Of a stretch of 64,000 nt of DNA, positions 60,020-64,000 are shown piece after piece. A program made the translations under genes and the position numbers. Within the stretch, counting starts at the first letter, position 1; the number at the start of each line of letters is the position of its first letter. Origin of the DNA: Phoronis australis (taxonomy: Eukaryota > Animalia > Phoronida); assembly GCA_002633005.1 (NCBI GenBank), contig NMRA01000361.1:248001-312000 (forward strand), read 5' to 3'. The notes under the pieces were generated by a model, which saw only the letters and a list, made by a program, of their open reading frames with translations, made no database searches and was not told the origin of the DNA.

Positions 60020-63000
60020 ATGGCGGTCCCTACAAAAAGAGCTTGGAAACTTCGTAAGTCATTGATTTATCAAATACGTACAGAGAGATTTCCTTAATAT
60101 ATCAATCAATTGGAATTTAAAATTTGTCGGACATAGTAGTTCCTGATTTTAAGAACCTGTTAATTGTTATTCAGCTTGCAGTGCAGGCCTTCACGGCTTT
60201 AGGCGTGTTGACAAGAATTCCATCCGATCATTTCCATCCCCACTTTTGTGTTTCTATTATTTTTTGCTACTATCTGTGAGCCTGTGATGTAGGCTTTCAT
60301 TGGTCAATTGAAACCATGAAAAATTTGGCCAACCAGAGCGACTCAATATAAGCGAAAGCTACTTTGCAAAACTCATGTGAGTTACTCTTGATTGACTTGA
60401 CGTAATATTTTTTTGATTTGTTCTATCTTGGACAAATTGTTTTTAAGGTCACGGTTAACGTTTTACAGATACTTTACACCACTGAGGTTTATTTAAAAAA
60501 GCTTTCATAACTGTTTTGAAATTATTAACAAGCACGTCGTAAGAATGGTGACAGGCGACTATGTGCCAACCAGAATTACCGTAATAATTTACGTAACTCA
60601 CACAAAGTAATGGTTCTCATTGCTTTTCACTGTTAGCACAATGTATTCCACCCCAGACCAGACTGTGACAGCTTCACTTCAATTTAGTAATAATTGTGCC
60701 GATAAGCCTGCGCCAGTGCATGGGAGAATACAGGACTTCTAGGAATGAGTAAAATAAAGCCTTCATTTTACTCATAATAAAGGCATCTCTTAATCACCCT
60801 TCTACGTGCAATTGCTCTTTTGCAAATAGGCCAAAACCCAAGGTAGTAGTGGTAGACTCTGACTTCATTAGTCTGTGCTAAGTATCCAAGTTCTTTGACT
60901 TTTTCAGAGGAGTTTGTTGCTCATTCAGCCAATGTCAATTGTCTGGCCTTCGGTCACAAGTCTGGCAGGGTGCTGGCCACGGGAGGTGAAGACAAGAAGG
61001 TCAACATGTGGGCACTGGGCAAACCTAACTGTATCATGGTAAGTGTCGCCATGGTAATATCTGCCTTGAAGAGAAATTGAGTGTGTTTTAAGTTACGATT
61101 GCAAAAAGCGTCATTTGCTTTATGTGGAACAGCATATTCAAATGTGAAAGAATTTTATGGAAATCGATTGATTTATGCCTTTTGAACTATTTTTTGAGCT
61201 TACATTTGAATTATATCACGTTGGGGGAACTAGTACCAGTAGATGTAAAATGAAGCTCAAGGCTTGGAATTTTCCGCGGAAACACAGATTTCCGCTTTTT
61301 TCAAATGTTCTGTCCGCGCATTTTATTATATTTCCGCGTAAAAAAAATTGGATTTGATATTAAATTTCCGTGGCAAATTCCTTTCTTACCGCGCCGTTGC
61401 CAACAAGGTTCACCTCGAAAAGCAGAAGTTGCTCTTTATGTTTCGGAGGAACGTAAATTGTCAACATTGCCGGGGCATCTGGGATAGCGTGGTGGGATTT
61501 TCAATGGCGTCTCGTGTGATTGTAAACCGCGGTGACAAATACTACGGCTCTGCAGCCAAAAATGTGTGGGGGTGGGAGTGGACAGACGAGCTAAAAAGAC
61601 GCAGACGCATGCTACTGATGGTGGTAACGTTCTTTTTTTATATAGTTCTCCCAATTTTTGTCGGCGAAAGGTAGCGCGCATGTTTTGGGCCATGAAAGTT
61701 TCCGCGTTGTTTGTCATTGGTCATTCCAAGCCCTGGAAGCTATATAGTTGCTTTTGCTCTTGGGCTTGCTGTTTGTCCATAAAAGTGCACTCCATGGAAC
61801 CAGTTGTGCAGCTCCAGTGCAGATATTGAGAATCTCCCAACATAGCTGATGCACTAATATGGAGAATGATTAAAGAATTGTTTCTATGTTTCTGCAGTTG
61901 AAGCTGTTTTGATTTGAACGTAGAGTTTGGTAGCTGTTGAGCATGTGATGTATGTAGGAGAGTTGTGTGTGCAGAGTCTAAAAATCTGTCGTTTTTCTGA
62001 TCCTTTCAAAAGCAATTTCAGTATTCCTAGAACACATACATATGAGAAGTTCCCAGTGAAACCAATTTTTGGTATTCATGTTTCAGAGTATTTTTTAACA
62101 TTTTGGCTCCCCTTATACCAGACCTGTGTACATACATGTTCGTATGAAAATTCGACCTGCATTACTCAAGTATGCATTGACTGCAAAAGATACGGAAGTC
62201 AAAACAACTTGGGTGACCCGTGTGTTTCTGTGTTAAATGCATAATAGAAATCTTGGAGTGGAATAAGATTTTTTTTATTTAAATTTTAAAACATATTTTT
62301 GCTTCGCAACTTTGATCTAAAATTAGTTGGAATTAGCTGCAGTGGAGTTGTTTATCAGTTGTCTTTTATTATTTTCATTAACTACAAAATAATTGAATTA
62401 CAAGGCCACTTCTATCAACATTCGTTGCCATCCTGATGAAGTCTATCATATTACCAAAACAGCTCTCAAAAACACTTTGATAAGCTTGGCATGAACATGT
62501 TTTGTGGCTATTAGCGTAGACGACTGGTACAAGTCTCGCTAACCAGTTCTGTCCCAGTGAATATATACTGAACTGCACCTATAAACCATGACTGATCATA
62601 ACCCCATGACTGACTTTTCAGAGTTTGTCTGGTCACACGAGTCCAGTGGAAGCTGTCCGGTTTGGAAATGCTGAGGAGCTGGTTGCAGCTGGGTCAATGT
62701 CTGGTGCTCTCAAGATATGGGACTTGGAGGCTGCCAAAAGTAAGGTGTCTTGTAAACTTGTTCTCTATGTGTTACCAGTAACATGGACATGTTGAGTGGA
62801 GGGGTTATGATTGGGATTTAGACTCGTGGTGGGAATTTTGCCAAAACCTTTTAAGTAGAATAAGAGTCTTCCTACATGTCGACATGTGGCGCCGACATGT
62901 GGCATGTAAGAAAACTAAATTGTTACTTGTACTACATCAGCATGATGATTTATAATGGCAGTTTTAAGTGAAATTGTTAAAATGCCTTAAATTTTATTGA

Positions 63001-64000
63001 ATTATTCAATTAGGAACTGGTTCGATTAGCTTGCATTGAAGACTTCTCTAAAGATTGTTCAAAGACTACTCCAAAGATCGTTCAAAGACTTCTCTGAAGA
63101 GTGCTCAAACACTTCTTCAAAGAGTGTTCAATATTTGTGACTGAGTGTGATTAAGGACAGTTTAAACTATGCACTGTTGATTACGTAATGTCTTACATTG
63201 TTTACAGTTGTGCGCACGCTCACGGGACACAAATCAAACATACGAAGTATAGACTTTCATCCCTATGGTGATTTCTTAGCTTCCGGATCTCTAGATACAA
63301 ACGTTAAGGTAAAGTAGGCTGGCTAGTCTATCTTATCACTACCACAGTCAGTACTCATATTTTGCCTCATTGGCATTCCTTGTATTTATGACTAGTGAAA
63401 ATATGTAGGGTCACTTATTTTTGGTTATTACTGGAGTCTAGATTGTAATGCTGGCATGGAGACCAGGTTTGGAAATAAAGTCCCAGTGTCTTGATTAATG
63501 TTCAATGCTGATCTTAATACTGGATATAAGTAAATGATAAAATGTAAGAAAATATGTTTTATGAATGCAGTGATGAGTTGAGACTGAGATAATTTTATTG
63601 AAGGTAATCTGTTATGTCTCCTTGCATTTTAGTTATGGGATATTCGTAGAAAAGGATGTATATTTACCTACAAGGTAAGTTTGAGATTTTGACTTGATGG
63701 GTGAATACTGAGGAGTGATGTACCATGGAACAAATACATAATGTAGTTGTATCAATAAGTGCATCTCAATCTATCTTACTTCTCATTTGTTTTCATTGAC
63801 TATGTACTCATTTTTACGGTTGTATGAGATTGCAAATACAGCTCACTAATTTGTTACTGTTATCACCTTAATTGTATTTTAGATAAATGTTAATTACAAC
63901 TATTTCATTTTCTTCCACAGTTTAGTTTCAGTCGTGTGCACTATAACCTGTTGTTGCAGGGTCATACAAATGGTGTTAATTACCTCCAATTCAGCCCTGA
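60020..64000 (+). CDS. KATNB1: Katanin p80 WD40 subunit B1, 5' part (runs off the window)
   Basis: Exons 60020-60053, 60908-61038, 62622-62739, 63208-63308, 63633-63674 and 63960->end. Translation [65 protein letters not shown]...[58 protein letters not shown]. Confidence 0.95.
61258..61735 (+). mobile_element. ~480-bp non-autonomous hAT-like element with 6-bp TSD, copy 2 (KATNB1 intron 2)
   Basis: TIR CAAGGCTTGGAAT / ATTCCAAGCCCTG; GAAGCT on both sides. Highly similar to 36924-37411. Confidence 0.85.

Overview
AT-rich, intron-containing eukaryotic DNA. It is almost certainly metazoan and probably invertebrate, judged from the gene set and repeat types. I reconstructed eight spliced protein-coding genes by hand from GT/GC-AG boundaries and reading-frame phase: the last exon of SNRPD3 (+); a complete hybrid-cluster protein (HCP/prismane) gene with 9-10 exons and a mitochondrial-type presequence (+, 4540-11075); a 196-aa two-EF-hand protein with a GC-AG intron (+); a 19-exon, 787-aa protein fusing a degenerate Nudix domain, an NCS/calcineurin-B-like EF-hand module and an intact PPP Ser/Thr phosphatase domain (-, 17978-34580); ZNHIT3 (+); AKTIP (+); a C8orf82/UPF0598 homolog (-); and the 5' part of KATNB1 (+). 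Introns and intergenic DNA carry many non-autonomous DNA transposons with 5-bp, 6-bp, 3-bp and TA target duplications, Helentron-type elements, minisatellites, and a tRNA-headed element bearing a Penelope-type minimal hammerhead ribozyme. The main highlights are the intron-rich, apparently mitochondrion-targeted animal HCP and the Nudix-EF-hand-PPP fusion phosphatase. Most entries in the supplied ORF track are exon fragments or chance ORFs. All family assignments come from recognising motifs by eye; no database search was run.
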